Shown in pieces: positions 34,301 to 43,460 of a stretch of 64,000 nt of DNA. This DNA comes from Haliotis rufescens (lineage: Eukaryota). The translations under genes and the position numbers were made by a program. Below the pieces are notes generated by a model. That model did no database searches. It was not told the DNA's origin and was given only the letters and a program-made list of their open reading frames with translations. Within the stretch, counting starts at the first letter, position 1. Every line of letters begins with the position of its first letter. The stretch is taken from contig NW_025963780.1 of the NCBI RefSeq assembly GCF_023055435.1, positions 46,252,001 to 46,316,000 of the forward strand, given 5' to 3'.

Positions 34301-36025
34301 GTGAGTATATATGTGGCAGAGAGTTCTTCAGAGTGTTGAGATGGAGTGACGTAGAGGTGTGAGTATATACGTGGCAGAGAGTGTTGAGATGTTGTGACGT
34401 AGAGGTGTGAGTATATATGTGGCAGAGAGTGTTGAGATGGGGTGACGTAGAGGTGTGAGTATATATGTGGCGGAGAGTGTTGAGATGGGGTGACGTAGAG
34501 GTGTGAGTATATATGTGGCAGATAGTGTTGAGATGTTGTGACGTAGAGGTGTGAGTATATATGTGGCAGAGAGTGTTGAGATGGGATGACGTAGAGGTGT
34601 GAGTATATACGTGGCAGATAGTGTTGAGATGTTGTGACGTAGAGGTGTGAGTATTTATGTGGCAGAGAGTGTTGAGATGGGGTGACGTAGAGGTGTGAGT
34701 ATATATGTGGCAGATAGTGTTGAGATGTTGTGACGTAGAGGTGTGAGTATATATGTGGCAGAGAGTGTTCAGATGGGGTGACGTAGAGGTGTGAGTATAT
34801 ATGTGGCAGAGAGTGTTGAGAGTGTTGAGATGGGATGACGTAGAGGTGTGAGTATATATGTGGCAGAGAGTGTTGAGAGTGTTCAGATGGGATGACGTAG
34901 AGGTGTGAGTATATATGTGGCAGAGAGTGTTCAGATGGGATGACGTAGAGGTGTGAGTCTATATGTGGCAGAGAGTGTTTAGATGGAGTGAAGTAGAGGT
35001 GTGAGTATATATGTGGCAGATAGTGTTGAGATGGGGGGACGTAGAGGTGTGAGTATATATGTGGCAGAGAGTGTTGGGATGGGTGACATAGAGGTGTGAG
35101 TATATATGTGGCAGAGAGTGTTGGGGTGACGTACAGATATGTATATGTATGTAGAGAAACATGAGGGTTAAGTAGAGGTGTCAAGTGGACGTGGTAGGAC
35201 TGGTGGGTGTTGGTTGTTCATCATGAGGAGGTATTGCTCGACACTCACCGTCGTTTTCGAGGAGGCCGGTGACGAGTTGACGAGGGGGATAGCCAAGACG
35301 GTGGTTGGGGTCACAGAAGTACTTGACCAGGTGGGGGTAGATGCGGACGGGGGACTGGTTAGAACCGCCGAAACATGGAGACGTGTCACACACCCTGTTC
35401 CAGTCGTCGGGTCCTGAAGAAAGATGACAACATGGTGTAACTGTGATATACTGAGACTATTGAAGCATCCGTCAAGGCATGATATACTCAGACACTTCAA
35501 ACACCGTTCCCAGACAGGAGTCCATTTAACAGACACTATACATTGATTTAAACACGACTGAAATGAAATGAATAAGCCCAATCGAGGTGATTTATTAGCA
35601 TTTAGGGAATCAATTGTTGTTAAAACCAGATTGAACACGTTTATGCAACAGCATGGCAGGGTGATGGGGAGGAAATCCCACAGTGACGTTTTATATTTCA
35701 ACCACAGGAATACGAGCGTGAGCCTGACAGGGATATTCAGAGCTATCAACCCCCCCCCCCCCCCATATAATATTTAATAGTCGGTCCCTACGTAGACCTA
35801 ATTATTCACACGCACACGCACACGCACACGCACACGCTGACACACGCGCCACTCACCAATGCTGGACCTTCTGTTGTAAGAGAAGCAGTACTCCGTCCTC
35901 TGGCGACAGACTTTCGGGGGCTCGAGGGGACTGTGTTGGGCCGGGGGAAGGAACGACTGGGGGTAGACGTCAGCGAGCAGCACCCCTGACAGCGTGGTAG
36001 CCACCAACAGAGACACGGTCCACAT
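1166..36025 (-). CDS. Secreted alpha-carbonic anhydrase (molluscan/nacrein-like architecture); spliced CDS join(35857-36025,35249-35413,27013-27182,26044-26124,6805-6880,2042-2152,1166-1314), 3' part continues beyond the left edge
   Basis: Seven exons bounded by AG/GT with compatible intron phases (1,1,0,0,1,1,0) give an open 307-codon frame. Motifs occur in alpha-CA order: hydrophobic leader, FSY...GPDDW, NQSPVRI, LENDG, LHIHVG (His94/His96), GTEH, EMHLVH (His119), AVVAVFL, FNPDQLLP, FYYLYGSLTTP, ESVLWQV. Confidence 0.93.
2042..2152 (-). CDS. alpha-CA exon 6: Cys/Met-rich insertion (DVCTEELCTGAMASRMMSRMAARNACPHWRSGFGSC)
   Basis: Acceptor tctgttgcag|, strong donor TGCG|gtgagt, 111 nt, phase 1-1, open frame between exons 5 and 7. 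No CA-core homology, so supported by splice signals and phase only. Confidence 0.75.
2210..4012. repeat. Minisatellite, 28-bp unit (atctatatggatcctcactacaccgctc), ~63 copies
   Basis: Direct periodicity; frame-rotating repeat ORFs. Confidence 0.97.
4041..6583. repeat. Minisatellite, 19/18-bp units (gtcagttatatcatggtat / gcagttttatcatggcat), partly as a 37-bp dimer
   Basis: Direct periodicity. Confidence 0.95.
6805..6880 (-). CDS. alpha-CA exon 5 (TRQGQYSPQLDAILDWLVNIQDYNG)
   Basis: Matches the G..NP.L..ILD.L..I...G helix of alpha-CAs. The acceptor ctaatttctctgttacag| is the terminal unit of the 30-bp array. The donor GAA|gtgagg is the nearest phase-1 GT and is less certain. Confidence 0.8.
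6872..8337. repeat. Minisatellite, 30-bp unit (gtgacgtgtctgtaacagggacattaaacc; 29- and 36/37-bp variants), ~48 copies; unit = splice acceptor + first 8 nt of exon 5
   Basis: Direct periodicity; the minus strand reads ccctgttacag|acacgtca in each unit. Confidence 0.97.
8440..8680 (-). mobile_element. Penelope-like retroelement RT fragment, decayed
   Basis: Frameshifted GGKTFRQEVGIP...LFL*SYESEFL...FRFRCID...SFNN; roughly 80% identical by eye to 31640-31815. Confidence 0.75.
8694..8767. mobile_element. Possible half of a small palindromic Harbinger-type MITE
   Basis: Ends in ...ttttgtagaacggacccc, resembling GGG(G/C)CCGTT..ACAAA-type TIRs from memory; partner end not found. Confidence 0.3.
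9114..18000. repeat. Satellite, 54-bp unit (tgcagaggttgatattggtggaattggctggattgtgactgagtgatagaacat), ~165 copies with internal segmental duplications
   Basis: 18-aa periodic ORFs; 9114-9885 nearly homogeneous, remainder diverged. Confidence 0.97.
18001..19780. repeat. AT-rich minisatellite, ~32-bp unit (actgtgtatgactgtcattatagatagttata)
   Basis: Direct periodicity, diverged units. Confidence 0.95.
19817..20098 (-). mobile_element. tRNA-derived SINE (V-domain-like core) with an internal 3x40-bp repeat
   Basis: Minus strand: A-box-like gtggcccacgtgtctaaggcg, B box ggttcgaatcc, core ggctttcctcccaca, tail actcactca; 8-bp TSD ctctttat at 19809-19816 and 20099-20106. Confidence 0.75.
20229..25947 (+). 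mobile_element. 5'-truncated SINE (Nin/Deu-domain-like, abalone-type) inflated by an internal 22-bp array
   Basis: cccgtgaagatccggggtagaataggtcttcagcaacccatgcttg...aggcgactaacgg...ctggaatattgctgagtgcggcgttaaac(aaac)n; 9-bp TSD taccagtgt at 20220-20228 and 25948-25956. The family name is from recall. Confidence 0.8.
20270..25791. repeat. Minisatellite, 22-bp unit (atgcttgttgtaggagg[c/g]gact), ~250 copies, inside the SINE
   Basis: Near-perfect periodicity, essentially two unit states. Confidence 0.98.
26044..26124 (-). CDS. alpha-CA exon 4 (MHLVHVRDGGNASGSVAGQAVVAVFLS)
   Basis: Acceptor tcctctcttccccag|, donor TCT|gtaagt, phase 0-0; third zinc ligand in HLVH and the (L)AVxxVF strand. Confidence 0.95.
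26374..26447 (+). pseudogene. Diverged, inverted relic of CA exon 1 (5'UTR + ATG + start of signal peptide) inside intron 3
   Basis: 15-nt identity ggagttgcaagcacc with 36050-36036, ATG at the same 10-nt spacing, 29/37 ungapped identity; MLTV---VVTT vs MWTVSLLVATT. Confidence 0.55.
26681..26920. repeat. Perfect 120-bp tandem duplication
   Basis: 26681-26800 = 26801-26920. Confidence 0.95.
26904..26999. repeat. 13-bp minisatellite (cgtgtagctggtg) x~7, starting ~14 nt into intron 3
   Basis: Direct periodicity. Confidence 0.95.
27013..27182 (-). CDS. alpha-CA exon 3 (YYPKIAEG...FRLNSLHIHVGK...GTEHRVFGKRYDGE)
   Basis: Acceptor tttttttcatcttag|, donor GAG|gtgagc; HxH zinc ligands, GxEH and E117 equivalents. 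Confidence 0.95.
27463..27502 (+). ncRNA. Degenerate minimal type-I hammerhead ribozyme of a Penelope-type terminal repeat
   Basis: cac-CTGATGA-aggaacaagaagtagctct-GACA-cgtc-gtg: CUGAUGA core intact, GAAA mutated to GACA, GUC triplet and cac/gtg stem present. Confidence 0.55.
27534..27977. mobile_element. MITE-like element with ~55-bp terminal inverted repeats
   Basis: 27534-27588 (catcttaccaaggcaagggagttaactgactataaaagtccagtttccatccttg) is the reverse complement of 27923-27977 with ~5 mismatches; no clear TSD. Confidence 0.7.
28662..30817. repeat. Minisatellite, 18-bp unit (atgatgaacaatggaagt), ~119 copies, with a 594-bp higher-order duplication
   Basis: Direct periodicity; ORF-track blocks recur at 29089/29683. 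Confidence 0.97.
31080..32200 (-). mobile_element. Penelope-like retroelement (probably Naiad/Chlamys-type) RT pseudogene with 3' flank
   Basis: YWYPKL...RYIAGS, FSTLYT, LIDNI, ADLFLSAYESEF, FRYIDDLISFNN, LFDKRDDFNFPIVNFPF.SNIPAAPA..VYIS.L.R..RACSSYQDF; many frameshifts and deletions. Confidence 0.85.
32288..35135. repeat. Minisatellite, 48-bp unit (gagtgttgagatggggtgacgtagaggtgtgagtatatatgtggcaga), ~57 copies, with a 710-bp duplication
   Basis: Direct periodicity; the rare variant gtgact...ggcgga recurs at 33035 and 33745. Confidence 0.97.
35249..35413 (-). CDS. alpha-CA exon 2 (GPDDWNRVCDTSPCFGGSNQSPVRI...GLLENDG)
   Basis: Acceptor tctttcttcag|, donor GACG|gtgagt, phase 1-1; GPxxW, C-x-G-x-x-x-QSP and ENDG (NNG) motifs. 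Confidence 0.92.
35807..35846. repeat. (CACACG)n microsatellite at the start of intron 1
   Basis: Direct. Confidence 0.9.
35857..36025 (-). CDS. alpha-CA exon 1: signal peptide + N-terminus (MWTVSLLVATTLSGVLLA-DVYPQ...YCFSYNRRSSIG)
   Basis: ATG at 36025, ~18-aa hydrophobic leader, FSY motif preceding the GPxxW of exon 2; phase-1 donor ATTG|gtgagt. Confidence 0.85.
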
Positions 36026-36357
36026 CGTCGTCGTCGGTGCTTGCAACTCCGGCCACGGACACAGTTTCACAGCTATTAGCACCTCAGTTTATTTGTAAGA
36101 AAAAAGTAGCAGCTGAGAGCTCACCTGATTCAAAACATTGTATTGTGAAAATATAAAGAAAGTAGGAAAAAAGTTCTGAAATTAAGGATACTTGTTTGAA
36201 CATCGGAACGTGTATGTACGATTGGGTGACCAGTCAAAGACAGACACATTCGGAAAGTCTGCACTTAATGTGGGGAGTCGGGAATAAGATGTTAACAGTC
36301 GTATAAGTAATATCATCGGTTGTATGTTGTGTGTCGAGGATGCCGCCTTCAAGCCTT

Positions 36358-37200
36358 GATGTATCCACGATGTATCCACGATGTATCCACGGTGTATGCA
36401 CGATGTATCTACGATGTATCCACGATGTATGCACGATGTATGCACGATGTATGCACGATGTATCCACGGTGTATGCACGATGTATCTACGATGTATCCAC
36501 GATGTATGCACGATGTATCCACGATGTATGCACGATGTATCTACGATGTATCCACGATGTATGCACGATGTATGCACGATGTATGCACGATGTATCCACG
36601 GTGTATGCACGATGTATCTACGATGTATCCACGATGTATCCACGGTGTATGCACGATGTATCTACGATGTATGCACGATGTATCCACGATGTATGCACGA
36701 TGTATCTACGATGTATCCACGATGTATGCACGATGTATGCACGATGTATGCACGATGTATCCACGGTGTATGCACGATGTATCTACGATGTATCCACGAT
36801 GTATCCACGGTGTATGCACGATGTATGCACGATGTATCTACGATGTATCCACGGTGTATGCACGATGTATCTACGATGTATCCACGATGTATCCACGGTG
36901 TATGCACGATGTATGCACGATGTATCCACGATGTATCTACGATGTATCCACGGTGTATCCACGATGTATCTACGATGTATCTACGATGTATCCACGATGT
37001 ATCCACGATGTATCCACGATGTATCCACGATGTATCCACGATGTATCCACGGTGTATGCACGATGTATCTACGATGTATCCACGGTGTATGCACGGTGTA
37101 TCTACGATGTATCCACGGTGTATCCACGATGTATCCACGGTGTATGCACGATGTATCTACGATGTATCCACCATGCATCCACAATGTACCCACGATGCAT
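36358..37200. repeat. 11-bp minisatellite (gatgtat[cc/gc/ct]ac), ~76 copies, ~330 bp upstream of the CA start codon
   Basis: Direct periodicity. Confidence 0.97.
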
Positions 37201-37816
37201 CAATGTAATAATCGCAAGCAGCCTTCATTGAGCACAATATCAGTGAGTGGTCAGTGTCACCTTCAGTGGTATTTCAGTTATTACACGGCCGTTAAGCCCC
37301 TATCTCACATTTACGAATCTGAACACGAATTAAAGCCACCCTGACACTTGCACGATTTTGGTCCCTGCAATGCGGCGCAATGCGTCGTGGCAAGGCGCGC
37401 CATTTCGGTGGTACGCAGTGGAGCGTGAAGCCGCGCTTGCGCCCTGTTCGCGCACTGTACACGCATAAGTTACGCAATGTCTACGCAATGCACGGCCAAA
37501 ATGGGCCGCATTGGGACGCATTGACACGCAATGGCACGACTTGTTTACGTAAAGGTTAAGTATTGTTCGCGCATTGTTCACGCCTCCCGTACCGCAATGT
37601 CCCGCAGTGTGACACACGACACGCGTAGTTCCCGCTGTTTTCCCGCATCTCCACGCATTGCCCTGACGACTTCGCGCATGCGTGAAGTCGTCGTGGCAAT
37701 TTTGGTCACGCTTTGTCTCGCATGGCGGCACGCTTCAAATCCCGTTGTTGGCGTATGTATATAAACTCCAAATAGAAGAGACGCCTCATTCCTGGACTCG
37801 CTGAGGACGATACAAC

Positions 37817-38558
37817 ATGCTGAATACCAGAGACACTGCTTTTGCAGAACAGAGAAGGTGTCTATATCTGGCAGCTGCAGGAATATTACTTCTTGAAGAG
37901 CAGGAGAAAAGGCAGCAAGAGCAAAAGGAAGAGCATGGGAAAGAAAAAGAGACATCCCTAACTAGAACAAAGAAAGCAAGGGCAGTGTGGGTTAGGGAAT
38001 GGCTGGCTAGAAGACATGAGTTCGGACATTATGATCAGCTATTGACAGAACTCCATAAGGAAGATCCCAGAGGCTACAGAAATTACCTGAGAATGACACC
38101 TGACCTGTTCCAAGAGATTTTTGAGAAGTTAACCCCTCACCTAAAGAAACAGACCACATTCATGAGAGAACCGCTTGACGTTGGACTCAAGCTGGCTGCC
38201 ACCCTCTGCTTCCTAGTCACTGGAAATTCTTATCCAAGTCCACAGTACAGCTTCAGAGTTGAAGCAAGTACAATCTGCAAGTTCTTACCAGAGGTGTGCA
38301 AAGCCATCATTGAGGTCTACAAGGACGAAGTGCTCAGCTGCCCCAAAACTGAAGAAGAGTGGAAGGAAGTTGCTGAGATGTTCAGCTCCAGATGGGACTA
38401 CCACAACTGTCAGGGGGCCCTGGACGTTGCTATGATGAAGACACCCAAAGCAGGCTCCCTCTATTATAATTACAAAGGCTTCCACAGCATCGTACTCATG
38501 GCAGTTGCAGATGCTAGGTATATGTTCTTGTATGTTGATGTTGGGGCAGAGGGTGGTG
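37817..38558 (+). pseudogene. Harbinger/HARBI1-type DDE transposase, C-terminally truncated
   Basis: WVREWL..R...G.Y..L..EL..ED...YRNYLRM, KLAATL.FL.TG, GALD (GKH missing), YYNYKGFHSIVLMAVADA.Y.F.YVDVGAEGG, then a break. TATA-like tatataaa at ~37758. Confidence 0.9.
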
Positions 38559-38559
38559 T

Positions 38560-38891
38560 CCCATTGAGCCAGTCCTTCTGTCTCTTGTCATACAACTGTG
38601 GGTAGTCTTTTACATATTCTGCTAATTTCATGGTACCCTCATCTGTCCACTTATACTTAGGAATTTCTTCCTTGGACACTCTGATTCTCTTCTTCTGTTT
38701 TATTGTGGGCTCTTCTTCACTTGACAGTTCTATTTAAGTCTCTGTAATAACTTACAGCAGGAGGAAGGAGGAGAACGATCCCTCTCCCTGTCTGCAATCT
38801 CTGTCTCTTTCTCTGTCTCTGGCCTGTCCTCTTACTGTCTTTTCTGCACTGGTCTTCCCCTTCTTCTACGGACTTTCTCCTTGTAAGGCAT
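38560..38891 (-). pseudogene. Harbinger second ORF (Myb/SANT-like MADF protein), disrupted and truncated
   Basis: WTDEGTMKLAEYVKDYPQLYDKRQKDWLN is a MADF N-terminus, convergent with the transposase. The upstream ATG at 38891 (MPYKEKVRRRRGRP) is followed by stops. Confidence 0.75.
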
Positions 38892-40565
38892 GTTGTCCGT
38901 TTGCTGGCAAGTTGCAGAATGACCAGGACCCGCTTACATGCGCACTGACACGAGCGCCGTCGTCGCTCATTGGTCGGGAACTACGCACGAACAATGCGTA
39001 AACACTTCGTGAGCAGTTCGTGCATTGCGCGAATGGTTCGTGACGTGCGCGACCTATGCGTGAGCTGGGCGTTCCATGATTACGTGAACAACTGGTGACA
39101 ACACCCTAACGACCGCACGATCACTCCGCGACACGCTCGAATGCGTGAACAACGTGGACAGATCGTGACCAATGCGTGGCATGGCGTGTCAGAGCGTGTA
39201 GTGGATTCCCACGGTACGCATTGACACGCACCGTCTGCATTGTTCGTGCCGAGTTCGTGCAGTGTTCACGCATGGTTCACGCAATTGGCACGCACATGGC
39301 ACGAAAATTGATGCGTGCCAAATTTTTGAACATTTTGAAATTCTCTCTACGACATGGCACGCACCCCCGCACCCTTCACACACTCCTCAAGCTCGTTCAC
39401 GAAGACTTTAATCTTTGGCACGCCGAAGTGCGAGCCATTGCGGGAACGAAAATCGTGCACGTGTCAGGGTGGCTTAACGTTCTTCTTTAAATCCTGTTAG
39501 AACGTATGAAGGTCGCGCACTCATTTGTGTTCATTTGTGTACAGCCGTGGTCGGTCGAGCGCGGTCGTATGGACGTTGCAGCTCGGCTTAAATCGTGTTA
39601 TAAATATTTGCAATGCCGAGCTGAAAAGTCGTGTTCAGTCGTGTGAAGGTCGTATGAAGGCCGTATGAAGGTCGTATGACAGTCGTGTTCAATCGTATGA
39701 AGATCGTGTTCAGTCGTATGAAGATCGTGTTCAGTCGCGTTCAGTCGTGTTGGAGCGTGGAAAGAAACTCATACGACCTTCATACGTTTTAACACGATTC
39801 AACACGACTTTCATACGCCTTTTATACGACTCCCATACGCCTGAACACAAAATCCATACGTTTGCCATACGACCGGAAGAGCACATCACGTGACTGAGTG
39901 AGAACGTGGGAAACCCCCTTAAAGCGAAAGCTCATTTTACAGCCATGCCAAACCTCAGGCGGCCGAAACGGCTCTTCCTGTTCCTCACTCTGCGACGGCT
40001 ACGCTGCCTCCTACCCCTCACCATCAAAGCCATAGCTACCAGAAGTACTTCCTCCTCCTCCAAAGCTGCTTCTTGCGGGTCTTGTTCGTTGTTGAATATG
40101 GTGAAGACTGACACAGAAATGCTGTTGCAATGCAGCTTATATACTACATGACCCACGTGACCAAAATAAACACAAATATCTCGTATGAAGGTCTTGCTCA
40201 GTCGCATGGAGATGTGTTTATTTTGGTAGTCGTATGGACATCGTAATGATACGGGTTTAATCGTATGGCGGTCGTGTTGATTCGTGTTTGGTCGTATGAG
40301 AGTCGTATTGGGGTCGTGCTAAATGAGGTTAAATCGTGTTGTATCGTATGAATATCTTATGACGGTCGTATGAGTGTCGTGTTCAGTCGTATGAAGGTCG
40401 TATGAGGGTCGTTTTTGGTCGTATGAGGGTCCTGTTTGGTTAAGAAATTTGCATAAACCACAAGGTCGAGCACGAATCAACACGATTTTTCAACTTTTCT
40501 TAAATCGTGTTCGCTATTTCTTAAATCGTGTTTGTGAGATAGGGGCTTTAGTCTTTGCAGCAATA

Positions 40566-40836
40566 CGGTGGTGAGGTCAAATGGAGTTTAACGTCGCGTC
40601 CAAGATTATTGCACTTATATAGCGACGTGTGTGTACTAGACTCGACTGATGCCGATTTATAGCGCTAGTCCACTGAGATACCATGCCGCAATATAACCTG
40701 AATACCCCACTCAGACTCCCAGCAGGGTAACAACAAGTACCATCTTTGATGTCTTTTGGTATGACGCGGCCGGGGTTCGAACCCCGGACCGTCGCTCTCC
40801 GGGCGGACGCTCTATCTCTAGACCACGAAGGCGGTC
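40566..40836 (-). mobile_element. tRNA-derived SINE (Meta-domain-like core)
   Basis: A box tggtctagagatag, B box ggttcgaacccc, core gtcataccaaaagacatcaaagatggtacttgttg, tail cgacgttaaactcca; 14-bp TSD tctt[t/a]gcagcaata at 40552-40565 and 40837-40850. Confidence 0.8.
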
Positions 40837-42039
40837 TCTTAGCAGCAATAGATAGAAAAAGCAGGTCCAATATTGACGTAGACAATTACCAAACGATGAC
40901 ACGGGGGTTGTGACGTCAGATGTTGGGGTTGATCGTGAGCCGGAATATCCCCAGCGGACTTTGGCGTCTTAGTCACTCAGATTTGCACAGGTCGATATAA
41001 TTGTCCTTGAGGATGGGCGAAACGAGGGTGTTGATAATCCTACCGGGGGTCACACAGCATGAGTCACTATGTCATCGTAGAGTGAGTGAGTGTGTCGGTT
41101 TTAAGGCTGTCTGCGAAGACAGATAGGAGGCTAATAAACCAGGAAGAACGATCCAGGCGAATCTCGGATTGGAACCCGCGACCATCGAAGTACGGAACAC
41201 TGCACAATGAACTGGAGGGTCCATGTCACGTTCAGTGTAAGGTGAGTTAACATTTCACGGTGACAGTACTAGTGTTATGCCCCCGCAGAGCATCGGCTCT
41301 TCGCCTCATCAATGTGTCATAACGACAGGATAGTTCATGAGAAGTGCCCCCATTAGTGGCAGAAAGTTTTATTATATGGCGCATAAACCCGTGTCACAGA
41401 TGGGCATGTCAGGTGTGTGTATGCCTGGTGGTGTGCACTGAAATAGCTATTGCCTTCTCAGTTAACAAGACAAGCCGTCGGTTGAGCGATAGAATTAACA
41501 TATAATACATACGTAGATTGGCGTTCACGGGTCTTGCGGGTTAATGGACAGGACCTACGGGGTGTCATTATTAAGTGATGCCAGTGCCCTAATGCAGTAT
41601 CTAGGTGCAACGACCGAGACACATGACTGATTGTGTGAATCGTTAAGAGGAAGGGTAATTGCCTGCTATCTAAGATGGTCATTTGACAGGTAATACTAGA
41701 CACTTGGTCACAGCTCCGCAGTCCGAAGCCTCACTCGAAAACCACGACCCACATGATCTGACCACGAGGCTTGCATTTTGGCGAACATAAATGACTACAA
41801 TTTATGAATTCGTGATGAAAAGTGAAGTATACAGTTTGAAGAGTGTAACGATGACAGACTTCTGTGATGTGGTTGTTCAAGGGACTTGAAAATTAAATAT
41901 CTTAAGCTATAATAAGATTCTTCATAGTGGTGATGACTTACATATATTGTATAATATGTAGCTGTTTAAGTAAACTGTAAGGGACATTAGAATAGTAATA
42001 CATTAAACGATAGATAACCATCATAAGCCCTTATCAGCT

Positions 42040-43300
42040 TGAATTCAGGACATCATTTGTGGTATTCAATAATGAAAAATGGAATACACGGTCGTTTATT
42101 TGTTTTGAAGGATTTATACGCCAAGATTCCGTGTGTTGTCAGGACACCAAAATATTCGATTTCAAATAATTTCTAATCAGTGAGTGGCGTTAGTCAGGGC
42201 TGTATGTTGAGTCCCTTTCTGTTCACGATGTTTATCATTTAATTACAGCAAGGGATGGTAACCAGTGCTTTGCGAGGAATTCATAGACCTATTACTTTAA
42301 CTATATGTAGATGATTTGTGTTTATTCGATGACACTGTAATAGGTCTGCAAATAAAAATGGATATTTTATCTATTTTTTTTAAAATGTGGGGTCTAAAAC
42401 CGACATTTTGGTATATCGATGAGGCGGCACTTAAGGGATGATGAACAATGTTTTTTAAATGACAATATCGTATCAGTATTAGTACTTATTAGAGTTATCT
42501 GGGTGTTCTGTTTCTAAATAGAGTGCGTTGGTCTAAATGCGTTGATACCTCAAGATTAAAGCCAGTAAGGCTGTGTGTGCCATTAAAAAGCCTCACTTTG
42601 TAAATATGCCAGTTAACATTTTGTTTAAATTGTTTGATATTAAGAGAAATCCCATTGTTCATTATGGTGCGGAGATTTGGGGTTGCAAAGCTAGTCAAAC
42701 TCCTGAAATTTCTTATACTCATTTTTGTAAATGTGTTTTAGGAGGTGGACAACATATACTAGTATCTAGCACAGCAATGTTGGCTGAATGTGAGAGGGAT
42801 GGATTGCATGTGGATTATCATGTGAAGTGTGTTAATTATTGGCGTACACTTATAAGAATGATTGATGAACGATATCCCCGACAGTGTTATTTGTTAATCA
42901 AGAAACTGGATGAATGTGGTAGAACTTGGGCAACTCTTGTTAATCATTTATGTTTGGCACGAACAGACTATTGGTGATGTTAATTGTAGCTGTTAAGGGA
43001 TCGTTTGTTGGGTAATTGTAGCTGTTAAGAGATCGTTTGTTGGGTAATTGTAGCTGTTAAGAGATCGTTTGTTGGGTAATTGTAGCTGTTAAGAGATCGT
43101 TTGTTGGGTAATTGTAGCTGTTAAGAGATCGTTTGTTGGGTAATCGTAGCTGTTAAGAGATCGTTTGTTGGTTGTTTTGTAAACTAAGGTAATGGTCACA
43201 AGTTAACTATGATAGGATATGGAATATTGTGTTACAGCTTTCAGAAATAAAGATTATAGGCTCATGCTGTGCCTGTTGAGATTACGGGAATTGCCTCTAC
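42040..43300 (+). mobile_element. Non-LTR retrotransposon (CR1/L2-group) RT and C-terminal fragment, decayed
   Basis: SGVSQGCMLSPFLFTMFI, LYVDDL, YLGV, YGAEIWG, FCKCVLG, YW...RYPRQCY..LDE.GRTWA; stops and frameshifts. Confidence 0.8.
42981..43172. repeat. 32-bp tandem repeat x6 (taattgtagctgttaagagatcgtttgttggg) inside the LINE fragment
   Basis: Direct. Confidence 0.95.
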
Positions 43301-43303
43301 AGA

Positions 43304-43312
43304 GTGTGTGTG

Positions 43313-43359
<47 letters not shown>

Positions 43360-43460
43360 CTGCGTGCGTGTTTGCCTATGTCTGTGTGTGTCTGTGTGTA
43401 CTTGTGCCTGCGTCTGTGTCTGTCTATGTCTGTGTGTGTGCTTGTGTCTGTGTGTGTCTG
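43304..43460. repeat. Compound (GT)n/(GCGT)n microsatellite
   Basis: Direct. Confidence 0.95.

Larger units (their letters stand above)
37334..39474 (+). mobile_element. Inner PIF/Harbinger element, internally deleted (2141 bp)
   Basis: ~39-bp TIRs agccaccctgacac[t/g]tgcacgatttt...gcaatg; TSD TAA at 37331-37333 and 39475-39477; carries transposase and MADF remnants. Confidence 0.93.
37295..40547. mobile_element. Outer non-autonomous PIF/Harbinger element (~1.1 kb of its own sequence) interrupted by a nested Harbinger
   Basis: TIRs agcccctatctcaca / tgtgagataggggct; TSD TTA at 37292-37294 and 40548-40550; dense subterminal tcgtatga/tcgtgtt repeats. Confidence 0.88.

Noticed and set aside
36358-37200. 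Array of metal-response elements (TGCAC cores)
   Set aside because: Units read TGCACGA/TGCACGG and do not satisfy TGCRCNC on either strand.
40760-40836. tRNA genes here and at ~20000-20095
   Set aside because: A/B boxes are present, but there is no complete cloverleaf and they are followed by SINE cores and flanked by TSDs.
40905-41070. CRE (TGACGTCA) and AP-1 (TGAGTCA) motifs as a CA enhancer
   Set aside because: Short motifs that also occur inside transposon sequence in this window; no independent support.
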